Translations under genes and position numbers: made by a program
DNA from: Abditibacterium sp.
GTDB taxonomy: Bacteria > Armatimonadota > Abditibacteriia > Abditibacteriales > Abditibacteriaceae
Length of the DNA: 64,000 nt
Direction of reading: 5' to 3'
Assembly: GCA_965246885.1 (NCBI GenBank)
Contig: OZ251992.1
Location: 1,024,001 to 1,088,000 of the forward strand
The notes under the pieces: generated by a model
Seen by the model: the letters and a program-made list of their open reading frames with translations, nothing else
Databases searched by the model: none
Told to the model about the DNA's origin: nothing
Part shown: piece after piece, positions 46,624 to 56,423 of the stretch
How the letters are laid out: each line of letters opens with the position of its first letter
How positions within the stretch are numbered: position 1 is the stretch's first letter

Positions 46624-47472
46624 TTACGGGTGGGCGGAGGCTTTCCATTGGCGGACGGACTGGCCGCGTAGTTGGCGAAAGCGGCGCGAGAGGTGGGCTT
46701 CGTCGCGCCAGCCCAAGGAGCGCGCGATTTGGGCTTGAGTCATGGTGCTTTGGGCAAGAAGTATTTCGGCGGCAACAAGGCGCTTTTCGTCACGGTAGCG
46801 GGCGGGCGAAAGGCCCACGTGGGCCGTCCATGCGCGGCGGAAGGCGCTGTAGCTCATCTGGGCGGCGCTCGCGGCTTCGCGTCCGCCGAGGTTTTGATCC
46901 AAGTTGGAGTCCAGCAAAGACCGCGCGCGCCCCATCCACGCGGGTTCGTGGGTTATGGCGTCGCGCGGCGGGAATAGTTCGGCCAGAATCGCCAACAGTT
47001 CGCGCAGTTGGGCGCCGTTCTGCGCGGCGTTGGCGGGGCGCGGCGCTTCGCACAGGGCGAGGAGCCGCGCGAACATAGCGCGCGGGTCGGGCGCGGCGCG
47101 CACGAGGTCGGTGTCGTCGAGCAACCCCTCGCGCCGCCACAGTTCAAAGAGCGGCCCATCGAAGCACAGATACAGTTCGTCCCACACCCCGCCGCGCGCT
47201 GCGGATGGGCGCGGCCCGTAAGCGTGCGGCAGTTCAGGCAGCACCAAAATCGCGTCGCCCGCCCCGACTTCGCGCTTGGCGCCGCGCGCGTCGGCGTAAA
47301 AGCCGCGCCCATGCATCATCAAGACGACGGCGAAGCGCCCATAGACACGCATTGGGTGTGGCCCGACGCCGATGCTGTGGCTGCCCGTGCCCGCGAGCGT
47401 CAGTCGCCCACCCGCGCGCGGCGTTTCATCGGCGAAGAAGGTGCGGCTTGTTTGGATGAGGCCATCGGGCAT
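46624..47472 (-). CDS. AraC family regulator
   Basis: N-terminal cupin; C-terminal MSYSAFRRAW...SPARY...IARSLGWRDEAHLSRRF. Confidence 0.9.
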   Translation of the reverse strand: MPDGLIQTSRTFFADETPRAGGRLTLAGTGSHSIGVGPHPMRVYGRFAVVLMMHGRGFYADARGAKREVGAGDAILVLPELPHAYGPRPSAARGGVWDELYLCFDGPLFELWRREGLLDDTDLVRAAPDPRAMFARLLALCEAPRPANAAQNGAQLRELLAILAELFPPRDAITHEPAWMGRARSLLDSNLDQNLGGREAASAAQMSYSAFRRAWTAHVGLSPARYRDEKRLVAAEILLAQSTMTQAQIARSLGWRDEAHLSRRFRQLRGQSVRQWKASAHP

Positions 47473-47556
47473 GGCGGCAGTTTGAGCAGATTCGCCAACT
47501 CCTCGCGCACTTTCGCCCTTGGCGAAGCGGCGCGGATTGGCGTCACTGAAAGGGAC

Positions 47557-48495
47557 ATGATTTCGACCACCACCGAGCGCCCCTCTTCCTTGACCGCGAG
47601 CGGCGAAGCCTTGGATACCTCTCCCGACTGCTTTGGCGAACTGCTCGACTCAAGCGACGCCATCTTCGACGCGGCCCTCGCCAACGAGCGCATGGCGCGC
47701 GACGGCTACCTTTACTTGCCGGGGCTACTCAACCGCGACGACGTTCTCGCCGCGCGACGCGCCATCGCCGGAAAGTTGCAAGTATCGGGGCATCTGCTTT
47801 CGGCAACCGACCCGATGGATTGCCTCGCGGTGCCAGACCGCGAGCCGGGGTTCATTCCCGAAGTCGCCATGCAAACGCCGGAACTTTTGTCGGTGATTTA
47901 CGGGGACGCGATGATGGGATTCTGGGATCGCTTCTTCGGCGAACCCGCGCGCCACTTCGACTTCACTTGGTTTCGCGCCGTCACGCCAGGGCGCGCCACA
48001 CCACCGCACACCGACGCGGTTTATATGAATCGCGGCTCGCAAAGCCTAATCACTTGCTGGACGCCCATCGGAGATGCGCCGCTTCCAATGGGGCCGCTCA
48101 TGGTTCTCGAAGGTTCCCACAAGCACGACAAGTTGCGCGCGAACTACTCCAGCAAAGACGTGGACGCCATTTGCACCAACCTGCGCCCCAACCTCAAAAC
48201 CGGGCGCAAAAACACGCTCCGGTCGGGGCACTTCGGGTTGTTGTCGCCCAACGCGGTGAAACTGCGCGAAGCCCTCGGCGGGCGCTGGCTGACGGCGAAC
48301 TTCCGCGCGGGCGACGTGCTGGCCTTTTCGATTTTCACTGTTCACTGCTCGCTCGACAACCACACCGACCGCATCCGCCTGTCGAGCGATTCGCGCTATC
48401 AACCGGCCTCGCACGCGGTGGATGAGCGGTGGATTCGCATCAATGGCGAGATCGCCGCGCATGGCCCGAACGCGAAGCGGAAAATGATTTGTTGA
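47557..48495 (+). CDS. Phytanoyl-CoA dioxygenase (PhyH) family Fe/2OG oxygenase
   Basis: DGYLYL, HTD, CWTPIGD, EGSH, GDVL, VHCS, RLSSDSRYQ. Confidence 0.9.
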   Translation: MISTTTERPSSLTASGEALDTSPDCFGELLDSSDAIFDAALANERMARDGYLYLPGLLNRDDVLAARRAIAGKLQVSGHLLSATDPMDCLAVPDREPGFIPEVAMQTPELLSVIYGDAMMGFWDRFFGEPARHFDFTWFRAVTPGRATPPHTDAVYMNRGSQSLITCWTPIGDAPLPMGPLMVLEGSHKHDKLRANYSSKDVDAICTNLRPNLKTGRKNTLRSGHFGLLSPNAVKLREALGGRWLTANFRAGDVLAFSIFTVHCSLDNHTDRIRLSSDSRYQPASHAVDERWIRINGEIAAHGPNAKRKMIC

Positions 48496-48496
48496 G

Positions 48497-49525
48497 GTGC
48501 CCGAACCGCTTGCGCTCGGTTTGCGGGAAAATGAAAGGGTGATTCCCTCGACCGAGCGCGCCGCCTGTCCCGTTTGCGATGCCCGCGACGCGCGCCCCTT
48601 GCAAATCCTGCGCGACCGCTTGTGGAGCCGCCCCGGAACGTTCGTCATGGCGCGGTGTCGCGCGTGTTCGCACGGATTTCTGCTCGTGCGCCCGACGCGC
48701 GAGGGGATGGGCGCGTATTATGAGGGGTTGTATGACGCGGGCGGGTTGCGGTTGGAGGAGCAGTTGCAGCGTAGCCCGTTGGCGCGCGCGCTCAACTGGC
48801 GGCGCTTGCGAGCGCTATCGGCGCGGCGCCGCTCCCCATCGGGCGCGCGTCACTTGGATGTTGGGTGTGGGGTGTCGGCGCTGTTAGCGCAACTGGCGCG
48901 GCGGGGGCGGAGCGCCGTCGGGTTAGATTTTGACGAGGCGGCGTGCGCCTCGCAGCGCTTCTTTTGCCAAGGGCAGGAGGTGCAACTGTGGCGCGGCACG
49001 TTGGATGAGGCGTTCGACGCGGCGGGGGAGCGGGTGGATTTCGAGCGCGAGCGGTTCGCATCGGCGTCGCTGATTCACTACCTCGAACACACTTACTCGC
49101 CTGTCGAAGATTTGCGGCGCGTGGCGGGGCTACTCGAAGCGGGCGGGGCGGTCGTGATCGAGGTGCCCGCCCTCGAAGCGTTCAACCGCCGCCTCTTCCG
49201 CCCCTTTTGGCTGCCATATCTGCCACCGCAACACCTATCGCTGTGGACGCGGGCGAGCTTGCGGCGCGCGCTCGAAGAAGCAGGGTTTGAAGGCGTGCGG
49301 ATTCGCGGGGCGAGCGCGCCGTTTGTGGCGTTCTCCTCGTTTCTGATCTGGTGGACGTGGAGCTTTGGACGCAAGTCGCGCGTCCCTAAAGCGGCGCAGC
49401 CGCTTTTACTGCCACTCGCAATTTTCCTTGGCGCGGCGGTGCTGGCGGGCGACTTGGCGGGGTTTTGGTGGCTGGCGAAGACGGGCCGCGCCGACCATCT
49501 CCGCGCGACGGCGGTAAAGAAGTAG
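48497..49525 (+). CDS. Class I SAM-dependent methyltransferase with N-terminal Zn-ribbon
   Basis: CPVC..CRAC, LDVGCG, HYLEH, PPQHL. Confidence 0.88.
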   Translation: MPEPLALGLRENERVIPSTERAACPVCDARDARPLQILRDRLWSRPGTFVMARCRACSHGFLLVRPTREGMGAYYEGLYDAGGLRLEEQLQRSPLARALNWRRLRALSARRRSPSGARHLDVGCGVSALLAQLARRGRSAVGLDFDEAACASQRFFCQGQEVQLWRGTLDEAFDAAGERVDFERERFASASLIHYLEHTYSPVEDLRRVAGLLEAGGAVVIEVPALEAFNRRLFRPFWLPYLPPQHLSLWTRASLRRALEEAGFEGVRIRGASAPFVAFSSFLIWWTWSFGRKSRVPKAAQPLLLPLAIFLGAAVLAGDLAGFWWLAKTGRADHLRATAVKK

Positions 49526-49637
49526 GCAAGTGACTGAAGTGGCAGCCAGCAGGATTGTCGGCCTTCGCCGACAGGCTGACCGCACCACTTCGTCAACGAA
49601 GGTTGACGTTTTCGCTGGCTGCGACTTCGTCGCTTGC
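49526..49637. repeat. Degenerate copy of the GCGACT-AGTCGC palindromic element
   Basis: Shares CGTCAACGAAGGTTGACGTTTTCGCTGGCTGCGA exactly with the 104-bp units; lies between convergent genes. Confidence 0.9.
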
Positions 49638-49640
49638 AGC

Positions 49641-50627
49641 TTACAACTCCAACTCCATCCCCTCGCGCGCGAGCAAGACCTCAACGGCGTTCGGCAAGCA
49701 CGGCGCGGGCGGGCGAGCGGCGTATTCACGGGAAATGCGCAGGAGGTGTTCCAAGCGGGCGTCGGTGGCGGAAGGGTCGTGGTGGAACATGGCCAAGCGT
49801 TTGGCCCCGGCGCGGGCAGCCAGTTCGACGCCCACGATGGCGCTGGAATGGCCCCACGCGCGCTTTTCCATGCTTTCGGCAAGCGAGAACTGCGCGTCGA
49901 AGACGACCAAATCGGCGCCTTGAAAGAAGTCCACAAACTTCTGCGCCGGGTCGTGGGCAACGTCGCCGCCCGGAGCGGGGTAGGCGCCGTCGCTGGCATA
50001 CACAAAGACCTTCCCGCCCACTTCCAAGCGGAAGCCGTACGAGAATGAGGGATGTTCCAGTTCGAGCGTGGACATGCGCGCGCCGCCGCCCAGTTCGACC
50101 GGTTCTGCGTCCAGATAGTGAAAACGGGTGTGGGCGCTCATATCGTTCCACGCTTCGGGCGGAAAAAAGGGTGCGCTCATCTGGTCGCGGAGCCGCTCCC
50201 ACGCGCACTCGTGGCGCGCATACAAATCAAAGCGGTTGCCCCCGACGTAAGCGGGCTTGAAGAACGGCCAACCTTGGATGTGATCCCAGTGCAAGTGCGA
50301 CAAGAACAAATGAGCGTGCCCTTGCCCGCGCCCAAGTTCCGTGTTCATCAGGGCATCTCCCAACGGGCGCAGGCCACTGCCCAAGTCGAAGATGAAGCGT
50401 GCGGCACCCGCTTGCACTTCAACGCAGGGCGTGTTGCCGCCCACGAACGAGCGCAGGGTACGCGGTAAGTTTTCGACCCAAGCGGTGATGGCGGCGGGGT
50501 CGCGCAGGTCGAGGTGCGCGTCGTCTTGGCCCAGCCGGAAGAGGGTTTCGGCCAGACGCGCGGCGATTTCGTCGCCCGTTGGCGGCGACGGCAAGCTGCC
50601 CCGCACTCCCCAGAATTTGACGCGCAT
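49641..50627 (-). CDS. Metallo-beta-lactamase fold hydrolase
   Basis: FWGVRGS, GGNTPC, SHLHWDHIQG, WGHS, FHHDP. Confidence 0.92.
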   Translation of the reverse strand: MRVKFWGVRGSLPSPPTGDEIAARLAETLFRLGQDDAHLDLRDPAAITAWVENLPRTLRSFVGGNTPCVEVQAGAARFIFDLGSGLRPLGDALMNTELGRGQGHAHLFLSHLHWDHIQGWPFFKPAYVGGNRFDLYARHECAWERLRDQMSAPFFPPEAWNDMSAHTRFHYLDAEPVELGGGARMSTLELEHPSFSYGFRLEVGGKVFVYASDGAYPAPGGDVAHDPAQKFVDFFQGADLVVFDAQFSLAESMEKRAWGHSSAIVGVELAARAGAKRLAMFHHDPSATDARLEHLLRISREYAARPPAPCLPNAVEVLLAREGMELEL

Positions 50628-50807
50628 TCGTTGAAAGGCCCGACCTCGTGTTTCTCGCGCCAGTTGCTCTGGCGCGGAGTGAGGGGAAGTAAGGCACTTT
50701 TTTCGCCTTCTCCTGCCATTGGCAAGCGGGCCGCGCCGATAATTTTATCGCTCCCCTTCCCAACATGCGCCTTCCCCCGGTCGGGCGAACCGGGTAAATT
50801 CTCTTTC

Positions 50808-51101
50808 ATGGAAATGCTTTATGGCGGCGTGGGCGCGATGGCGATTGGTTGGTTCGCGGCGCGCAAGTGGTTCAAGCTAACTGACGTCGGCACCATCATC
50901 GTGATGACCATTGCGGGCGGCGGCTCGCTCTTGTCGGGTTTGCTTTACCTCTTTCTGGCCGACGTTAACATTGGCAACGATGGCTCCCTCATCTGGTTCT
51001 TGGTCGGCGCGGCAGGCGGCATCGCGGGCATCATCGTTTACTTTTTCGTTTCCTACGCGGACTGGGCGACCAACGAAGCCAAGAAGAACGGCTTGCTCTG
51101 A
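50808..51101 (+). CDS. Small Gly-rich membrane protein (about 3 TM)
   Basis: Three hydrophobic segments. Confidence 0.7.
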   Translation: MEMLYGGVGAMAIGWFAARKWFKLTDVGTIIVMTIAGGGSLLSGLLYLFLADVNIGNDGSLIWFLVGAAGGIAGIIVYFFVSYADWATNEAKKNGLL

Positions 51102-51117
51102 CAGCCGGAAAATTACC

Positions 51118-51219
51118 TAATTCCTCCGTCGGCGCGCATAAATCAACGCTTCGTTATGCGCGCCAACCATTCGCCCACGTAATTCTTCCGTCTACCCATG
51201 CGCGCCGACGGCGGAATTA
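51118..51219. repeat. 22-bp inverted repeat of family B between convergent genes
   Basis: TAATTCCTCCGTCGGCGCGCAT ... ATGCGCGCCGACGGCGGAATTA (1 mismatch). Confidence 0.8.
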
Positions 51220-51228
51220 CGCGCGCCA

Positions 51229-51978
51229 TTAAAAGCGCGAGGTTTCTGCCTGCATCGCCCACGTCTCTCCGGGTGCCAATTGTACCGCTCCCTCGCCGAT
51301 TGCGCCCACTTCGAGACAGACGAAGCCGCGCCACTCGTCCGCGCCCAAATCTGCCAGTGTCGCCGCCCTTTCCGCGCCGGGGTTCCACGTCACCGCCGAC
51401 TTCCAATTGCCGCGCAGTTCATAACCCGTCGCGCCGTCGCGGATGGTAAGCGGCGACGGCGCGTCGAAATAGACCCTGTCCACCTCGCCCGGAAAGCGCA
51501 CCGAGCCGCTTTGCGTCTTGCGCGCGCCGCCTTCTGCCTTGCTGACGTAGGTTAGCCCGTCCAACCCCTCGATTTCCACGCGCGACACGTCGGACACCGC
51601 GAAGTAGGTATGCAGCGCGAACTCGAACGAGCGGGCTTCACTCGCTTGATTTTTAACTTGGACGCGCGCCCAAAGCGTGTCGCCGAACTCGTAGGCCAGC
51701 CGGATGTGCCAATCGTCGTGCCGCAAAGCGAGTATTGTTCCGCTCCTCCTCTGCAGTTCCACCTCCCACTCCGAAGTGCGCGCCCAGCCGTGTTGCGGGG
51801 CGGCGGGGTCAACCTTGATCGGCCCGAACCAAGGGAACACAACGGGGATGCCGCCGCGAATGGCCTTCCCACTCTCGAAATGCGAAGCGGACGAGAGATA
51901 CAGCCAGTCGCGGAAGCGCGTCAGATGCGCGCCTTGCAAGGCGATTTCGGCGTCGGGGAATTGGAGAGTGTCGAGCAT
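51229..51978 (-). CDS. D-hexose-6-phosphate mutarotase
   Basis: AIRGGIPVVFPWFG, HGWAR, ALHTYF, EVDRVY, FVCLE. Confidence 0.92.
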   Translation of the reverse strand: MLDTLQFPDAEIALQGAHLTRFRDWLYLSSASHFESGKAIRGGIPVVFPWFGPIKVDPAAPQHGWARTSEWEVELQRRSGTILALRHDDWHIRLAYEFGDTLWARVQVKNQASEARSFEFALHTYFAVSDVSRVEIEGLDGLTYVSKAEGGARKTQSGSVRFPGEVDRVYFDAPSPLTIRDGATGYELRGNWKSAVTWNPGAERAATLADLGADEWRGFVCLEVGAIGEGAVQLAPGETWAMQAETSRF

Positions 51979-52005
51979 GATTTGGATGAGCCGGAAGGCG
52001 CGGAT

Positions 52006-52689
52006 TCAGGTGGAAAGGTCAGTTTGCTCCCACTCAATTCCGGGCGACAGGCACCACGTCAAAGCGTGACGGCGCTCGTGCACAACGCCGCCGTGCAAGA
52101 TGGGGTGGAAGCCGTTTGGAACGGTGTTGCTGCCGAGTTGGGCGCTCCGCACGGCGTTATGCGCGCAGTAGAACAAGTCCTCCAAAGCGCGCACCTCGTC
52201 AACGGGGCGCGGCGAAAGTTCCGCTTGGAACTCCCGCAGGCTGCTTTCAAAGGGTGGCAGAAAACGGTGCAGTAGCTCGCTTTGAATAGCGGGCGCGATG
52301 ACATCCGCTTCGATGGCCGGTTGTTCCGCGAAGCCCATCACCCACGCGAGGGGCCAGATATTTTCTAATTTCCAGCCGATTGTGTCTTGGTACGCGGCGC
52401 GCGCCGCCGTGCGCTCTTGGGTGATAATGGCGCGCTCCTTGTCCGTGAGCGCCGCGCGCAAGTTGTTGGAATCCAAGAACTGCGTTACGGCGTCACCCGC
52501 CACAAACTCTTCGGGAACAGCAGCCCACGCGAATAACGCTTTGAGCGCGAGGGCGCGCGCCACGATCTCTTCGAGGGGGCGCAGATAATCGAAATCGCCG
52601 CCCGACAGGGGCAACCACTGCGCGACGCCAAAGCCGCGCCCTGCCAGCCATGAAAGCGAATGGTCGCGGATGCTTTGCGAGTTGGTCAT
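52006..52689 (-). CDS. DUF4272 domain protein
   Basis: WKLENIWPLAWVMG, DLFYCAH, VVHERRHALTW, terminal DLST. Confidence 0.85.
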   Translation of the reverse strand: MTNSQSIRDHSLSWLAGRGFGVAQWLPLSGGDFDYLRPLEEIVARALALKALFAWAAVPEEFVAGDAVTQFLDSNNLRAALTDKERAIITQERTAARAAYQDTIGWKLENIWPLAWVMGFAEQPAIEADVIAPAIQSELLHRFLPPFESSLREFQAELSPRPVDEVRALEDLFYCAHNAVRSAQLGSNTVPNGFHPILHGGVVHERRHALTWCLSPGIEWEQTDLST

Positions 52690-52720
52690 GGGAATTCAAG
52701 GAAGCGCGCACCCGCAGTTT

Positions 52721-55609
52721 TCATTCCCCGCGCGCCCGTTTTTTGGCGCGGCGCAGGCGCTCCATCGCGTCTAATTCGGTCTCTTCTTCGACGGGCGCGG
52801 CGGTTTTGGGTTCGCTTTGCGCGGCGGGAGAAGGAGTTTGCGGCGCGTTGGCGACGGGCGGCGGGGCGTTGGCGGGGCGCACGGGCGCTTTGGGCACATT
52901 TCCGCTTGGCGGCGAGGCGGGCGCGGCGGCGCGTTTGGCATCGCGCTCGGCGCGAGCGGCACGAAGGCGGGCCGCATCGTCGCCCCGTTGCGGCTTTTCT
53001 TTGGGCGCGCGGTTGCGCAAGCGGTTCGAGAGAGCGGCCAATTGTTCTTCGCCAATGAGTAAGCGGCGCACGGCGACATCGAGCGGGAACAGGCACGCCG
53101 CCAACATGAGCAGGGGCAGCCAAATATCTACTGGCAAGCGCGCGGCGGTGCGCGGGCGGTTGAACACTTTGGGTGCGTCGCCCTCGAGTTTCAATATGTC
53201 GCCATTCGAGCGGTCAGCGATTTGGCGCAGGAGGAAGTCGTCCGTCCCGACTGAAGCGTATTCGGGCGAGTAGGGGAGCACGCCGCCGGTGATTTGCGAG
53301 CGCGTTTTGTCGCCGCTTTGGGTGCGGATGTTAACGAGATAGGTGCCCAGTTGCCGCGCATCGAAGCCCGCCTCGTAGCGGCCCGGCCCGGTTTGTTCGA
53401 GGTTGATGTCACTCGCTTTGTAGTCGGGTTTGATGAGGCGCGCTTTGGGGTTGAGGAAGTTGACGAAGTTGCCCTTCTCGTCAACGGCTTCGATGGAGAC
53501 TTTGCCGCGCCCCTTGTCTATCGAAACGTTGGTTTGCAAGTCGGCGCTCGTTGTGGTGCGCATCGCCCAGCGCACGGTCTGCGCCCAGTATTTCGAGTAG
53601 CCGCTCCAAGGCAGCCAGCCCGCGCTCCACCGGCGCCGCGCGTCGCTTGTCCACGCGACGGATTTGCCCAAGCCGTATTGCCACGTCGCCAAGATGGGGT
53701 CGTCTTCCTTGGACTTGAGTATCTGGCGCGCCGTCGTTTTCGGGCTGGTGGCGACGTAGCCGAGCAGGGGCGGTAAGCCGCCGATGCCTTTCAAGATGGT
53801 GCTTTCGGCGACGACCTTGGGCACAAAGGTATCCTCGACGATGGCGCTGCGGCTGACGGTGGCGGCTTCTTTAAGGAAGATATTGGGAATTTGCGAGGGG
53901 TTTTTGACCGAGTAGAAGCGCCCGCCATGCTCGCGAGCGATCTCCCACATGTTCTGGTTGCCGGACGGGTCGTGCGGCTGAATCACGATGGTCGAGACGG
54001 TAATCTTCGCGGCGTTGAACTTGGCGACAAGCGCAGGGGCGGGCGGCGAGGGATCGCCGTCGCTGAGGATGATGCAGTGTTTGAGGTAGGCTTTGGTGCC
54101 CATCAAGCCTTTGTAGGCCACTTCCAAGGCGGCGTCGAAGTCGGGCATGTCGCCGGGGTCAATGCCGCGAATGGCGGTCTGCATATAGCCGCGATTGGGG
54201 CCAACTTTGAGCATGCCGTTGCCGTTGAACACCATGTTGGCGTCCATGCCGAAGACGATTAGCCCCGCGTAATCTTGGTCGCCCAACTGCCGCACGACTT
54301 GGGTGCAAACCGACTTGGCCCAGTCGTTGCCCGACGGGAACTCGCAGGAGTGCATGATCATCGCAACGGCGCCGCCGGGGATGTATTGCATCTGCTTGAT
54401 GTCCATCGTGACCGGGAGGGTTTCTTCGATGGGCGTCGAGCGATAGCCGCCCGGCCCGTAGGACTGCTCGCCGCCGACCATCACGAGGCCGCAACCGAGA
54501 TCACGCACATACGATTGCAGCGACAGCATTTGCGTTCCCGACAACTCCCACGCGGGGATGTTGTCAAGCACGATGGCGTCATACGGCTGCATGCCGCGCA
54601 AATCGGCGGGGAGTCCCCCCGGCCCGCGCATTTCGACGTTGACCTTCTCCTTTTCAAGGGCGTCCGTCAGGAACTGGTCTTGGGTCGGGTCGTCGGAAAC
54701 GAGGAGAATGCGCGGCTTGCCTTGGACGTTGAGGAAGCCGAGCGCGCGGTTGTTTTCGGCGTTGGTATCGGCGCCTGTAGGCACTTCTAACTTGGCTTCA
54801 AAGGTCGAGGCCCCCGATTTCTTGACGGTTTGCGGGAAGGTAAAGACGTTCTTGCCCGCTTCCAGTTGGATGTCCCGCGAGCCGATGAGTTCGCCATCGC
54901 GGAAGAGGTTAATTTTGCCGGGGGTTGCTTGCGTGGCGCGCGCCACGACGCGCACTTCGATGGGTTCGCTAATTTTGGCCTCGTTGGGCATGGTGAGGCG
55001 TTCGAGGAGCACTTCGCGGCGCTGAGGAGACGCGAGCGAAACCACGTCTACCTTCACGCCGTTGGACGCCGCCGACAGCGCTTCTTGGCGCGCGTCGCCG
55101 AGGTTCTCGTTTCCATCGGACAAGACGACCAGCCGCTTTTGCGCGCCTTCGGGCAACCCCGCCATCGCCAAACGCATGGCGCCGGAAATGTCGGTGAACT
55201 CCGTCGGCACGACGGTTTTGATGCCCGAAATCGCCTTGGCCGCTTGTGGCGCCAGTTCGACATACGACTCGCGCCCGAACACCACGATGCCAAAGCGGTC
55301 GTCCTCCCGCTTGCCCGCCGCCGCCTTTTGGATGAAGTCCAGCGCGCGCGTCTTGGCTTCAGGAGAGACGGAGTCGGAGTAGTCAAGGACGAACATCGTT
55401 GCCAACTGCTCGTTGAAGCGCACCAACTGCGCCCCCGCAAGCGCGAACACAAGCAGCGACAGCACGAGGAGCCGCAGCGCCAGAGCCAAGTTGCGCCGCG
55501 CGGGACTCAGATCAGCCAGCGAGTGCCACGCCGTCCACCCGAAGAACAGCGCAAGCGGCGGCAGAAGCCACAGCGCGGCGGGATTGGAAAACGAAAAGGA
55601 GAAGGGCAT
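52721..55609 (-). CDS. VWA domain/class I glutamine-amidotransferase-like membrane protein
   Basis: BatA-like N-terminus, LDYSDS, TDI, LSDGNEN, GGEQSYGPGGY, second VWA-like LSDGD, WQYGLGKSVAWTSD, C-terminal TM. Confidence 0.88.
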   Translation of the reverse strand: MPFSFSFSNPAALWLLPPLALFFGWTAWHSLADLSPARRNLALALRLLVLSLLVFALAGAQLVRFNEQLATMFVLDYSDSVSPEAKTRALDFIQKAAAGKREDDRFGIVVFGRESYVELAPQAAKAISGIKTVVPTEFTDISGAMRLAMAGLPEGAQKRLVVLSDGNENLGDARQEALSAASNGVKVDVVSLASPQRREVLLERLTMPNEAKISEPIEVRVVARATQATPGKINLFRDGELIGSRDIQLEAGKNVFTFPQTVKKSGASTFEAKLEVPTGADTNAENNRALGFLNVQGKPRILLVSDDPTQDQFLTDALEKEKVNVEMRGPGGLPADLRGMQPYDAIVLDNIPAWELSGTQMLSLQSYVRDLGCGLVMVGGEQSYGPGGYRSTPIEETLPVTMDIKQMQYIPGGAVAMIMHSCEFPSGNDWAKSVCTQVVRQLGDQDYAGLIVFGMDANMVFNGNGMLKVGPNRGYMQTAIRGIDPGDMPDFDAALEVAYKGLMGTKAYLKHCIILSDGDPSPPAPALVAKFNAAKITVSTIVIQPHDPSGNQNMWEIAREHGGRFYSVKNPSQIPNIFLKEAATVSRSAIVEDTFVPKVVAESTILKGIGGLPPLLGYVATSPKTTARQILKSKEDDPILATWQYGLGKSVAWTSDARRRWSAGWLPWSGYSKYWAQTVRWAMRTTTSADLQTNVSIDKGRGKVSIEAVDEKGNFVNFLNPKARLIKPDYKASDINLEQTGPGRYEAGFDARQLGTYLVNIRTQSGDKTRSQITGGVLPYSPEYASVGTDDFLLRQIADRSNGDILKLEGDAPKVFNRPRTAARLPVDIWLPLLMLAACLFPLDVAVRRLLIGEEQLAALSNRLRNRAPKEKPQRGDDAARLRAARAERDAKRAAAPASPPSGNVPKAPVRPANAPPPVANAPQTPSPAAQSEPKTAAPVEEETELDAMERLRRAKKRARGE

Positions 55610-55669
55610 CGGGGCGTCCGCGAAAACGGGAAAACGCGCAACGGGAAGTTTAGCCTTGCAGAGACAAAG

Positions 55670-56236
55670 CTATGAGCGCGTTATCCCGTCAATTTGCCGT
55701 TGTTGCCAGCGCACGATGCCGCGAATCCTGATGTCGCAGTCATCGCGCAACGAGTCCAATAGAATGCTTTGCTCGCTCGCCGGCAACGTGTCCGCGACGA
55801 GGACAGCTGCGTAGCGGCAATGTCCGCTTTGGCTACGCATTTCTGCCACAATGCGGGCACGAGTCGTTTGGGGAGGCAGACGTTTCATGGCAAGCGCCAA
55901 ATACCAGTCGGGTTCTCGCTCGGGATCAAAATAGAAGTCGAGCAACCAAGGCGCATCCTCTTCTTCAACGCACTCTGCCAACGCTTTGGAAACGGCACGG
56001 AGGATGCCGCCGCTCTGTCTGCGCTCTCGGATATTGGCGACGTAGCTTCGTAGAGCCGCGACCGATTCGCGGTCTCCCCACGCGCCCAGCGTTTGCGCCG
56101 CGACGGATTGCAGACCCTCATACGGGCCATGCAACGCCGCCAGCACGTTGTCACGTTCGGGCTTGCGCGGGCGGCTTGCCGCCCGCGCGCGCAGTTCGTC
56201 CACGCCGGCGCGAAAATTAACCGGGGGCCGCTTCAT
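55670..56236 (-). CDS. HEAT-repeat-like hypothetical protein
   Basis: AAQTLGAWGDRESVAAL and LRDDCDIRIR helical repeat patterns. Confidence 0.6.
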   Translation of the reverse strand: MKRPPVNFRAGVDELRARAASRPRKPERDNVLAALHGPYEGLQSVAAQTLGAWGDRESVAALRSYVANIRERRQSGGILRAVSKALAECVEEEDAPWLLDFYFDPEREPDWYLALAMKRLPPQTTRARIVAEMRSQSGHCRYAAVLVADTLPASEQSILLDSLRDDCDIRIRGIVRWQQRQIDGITRS

Positions 56237-56423
56237 CGTCCACTTCGTCTCCCGGCAACGCGCGTGGAGCTATGTCTTTCGCCTTGATGTGCTTGATGAT
56301 GCCATTTTCCGCCACGACAATCGAGCGCCCCATGCGGCGGTGTGTTTCGATGGCGTCGAGGACGGCTTCGCGCATAGTTTCTTCAATGAGTTCAAGGCGA
56401 GATTGAGTGCGTATTGCGTTCAT
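56217..56423 (-). CDS. Small protein of the type found downstream of zeta-toxin-like ATPases (putative antitoxin/partner)
   Basis: AVLDAIETHRRMGRSIVVAENGII; overlaps the ATPase stop by 4 nt. Confidence 0.6.
   Translation of the reverse strand: MNAIRTQSRLELIEETMREAVLDAIETHRRMGRSIVVAENGIIKHIKAKDIAPRALPGDEVDDEAAPG

Noticed and set aside
45976..50627. tRNA-anchored genomic island
   Set aside because: No integrase, no duplicated tRNA 3' end seen, and composition resembles the backbone.
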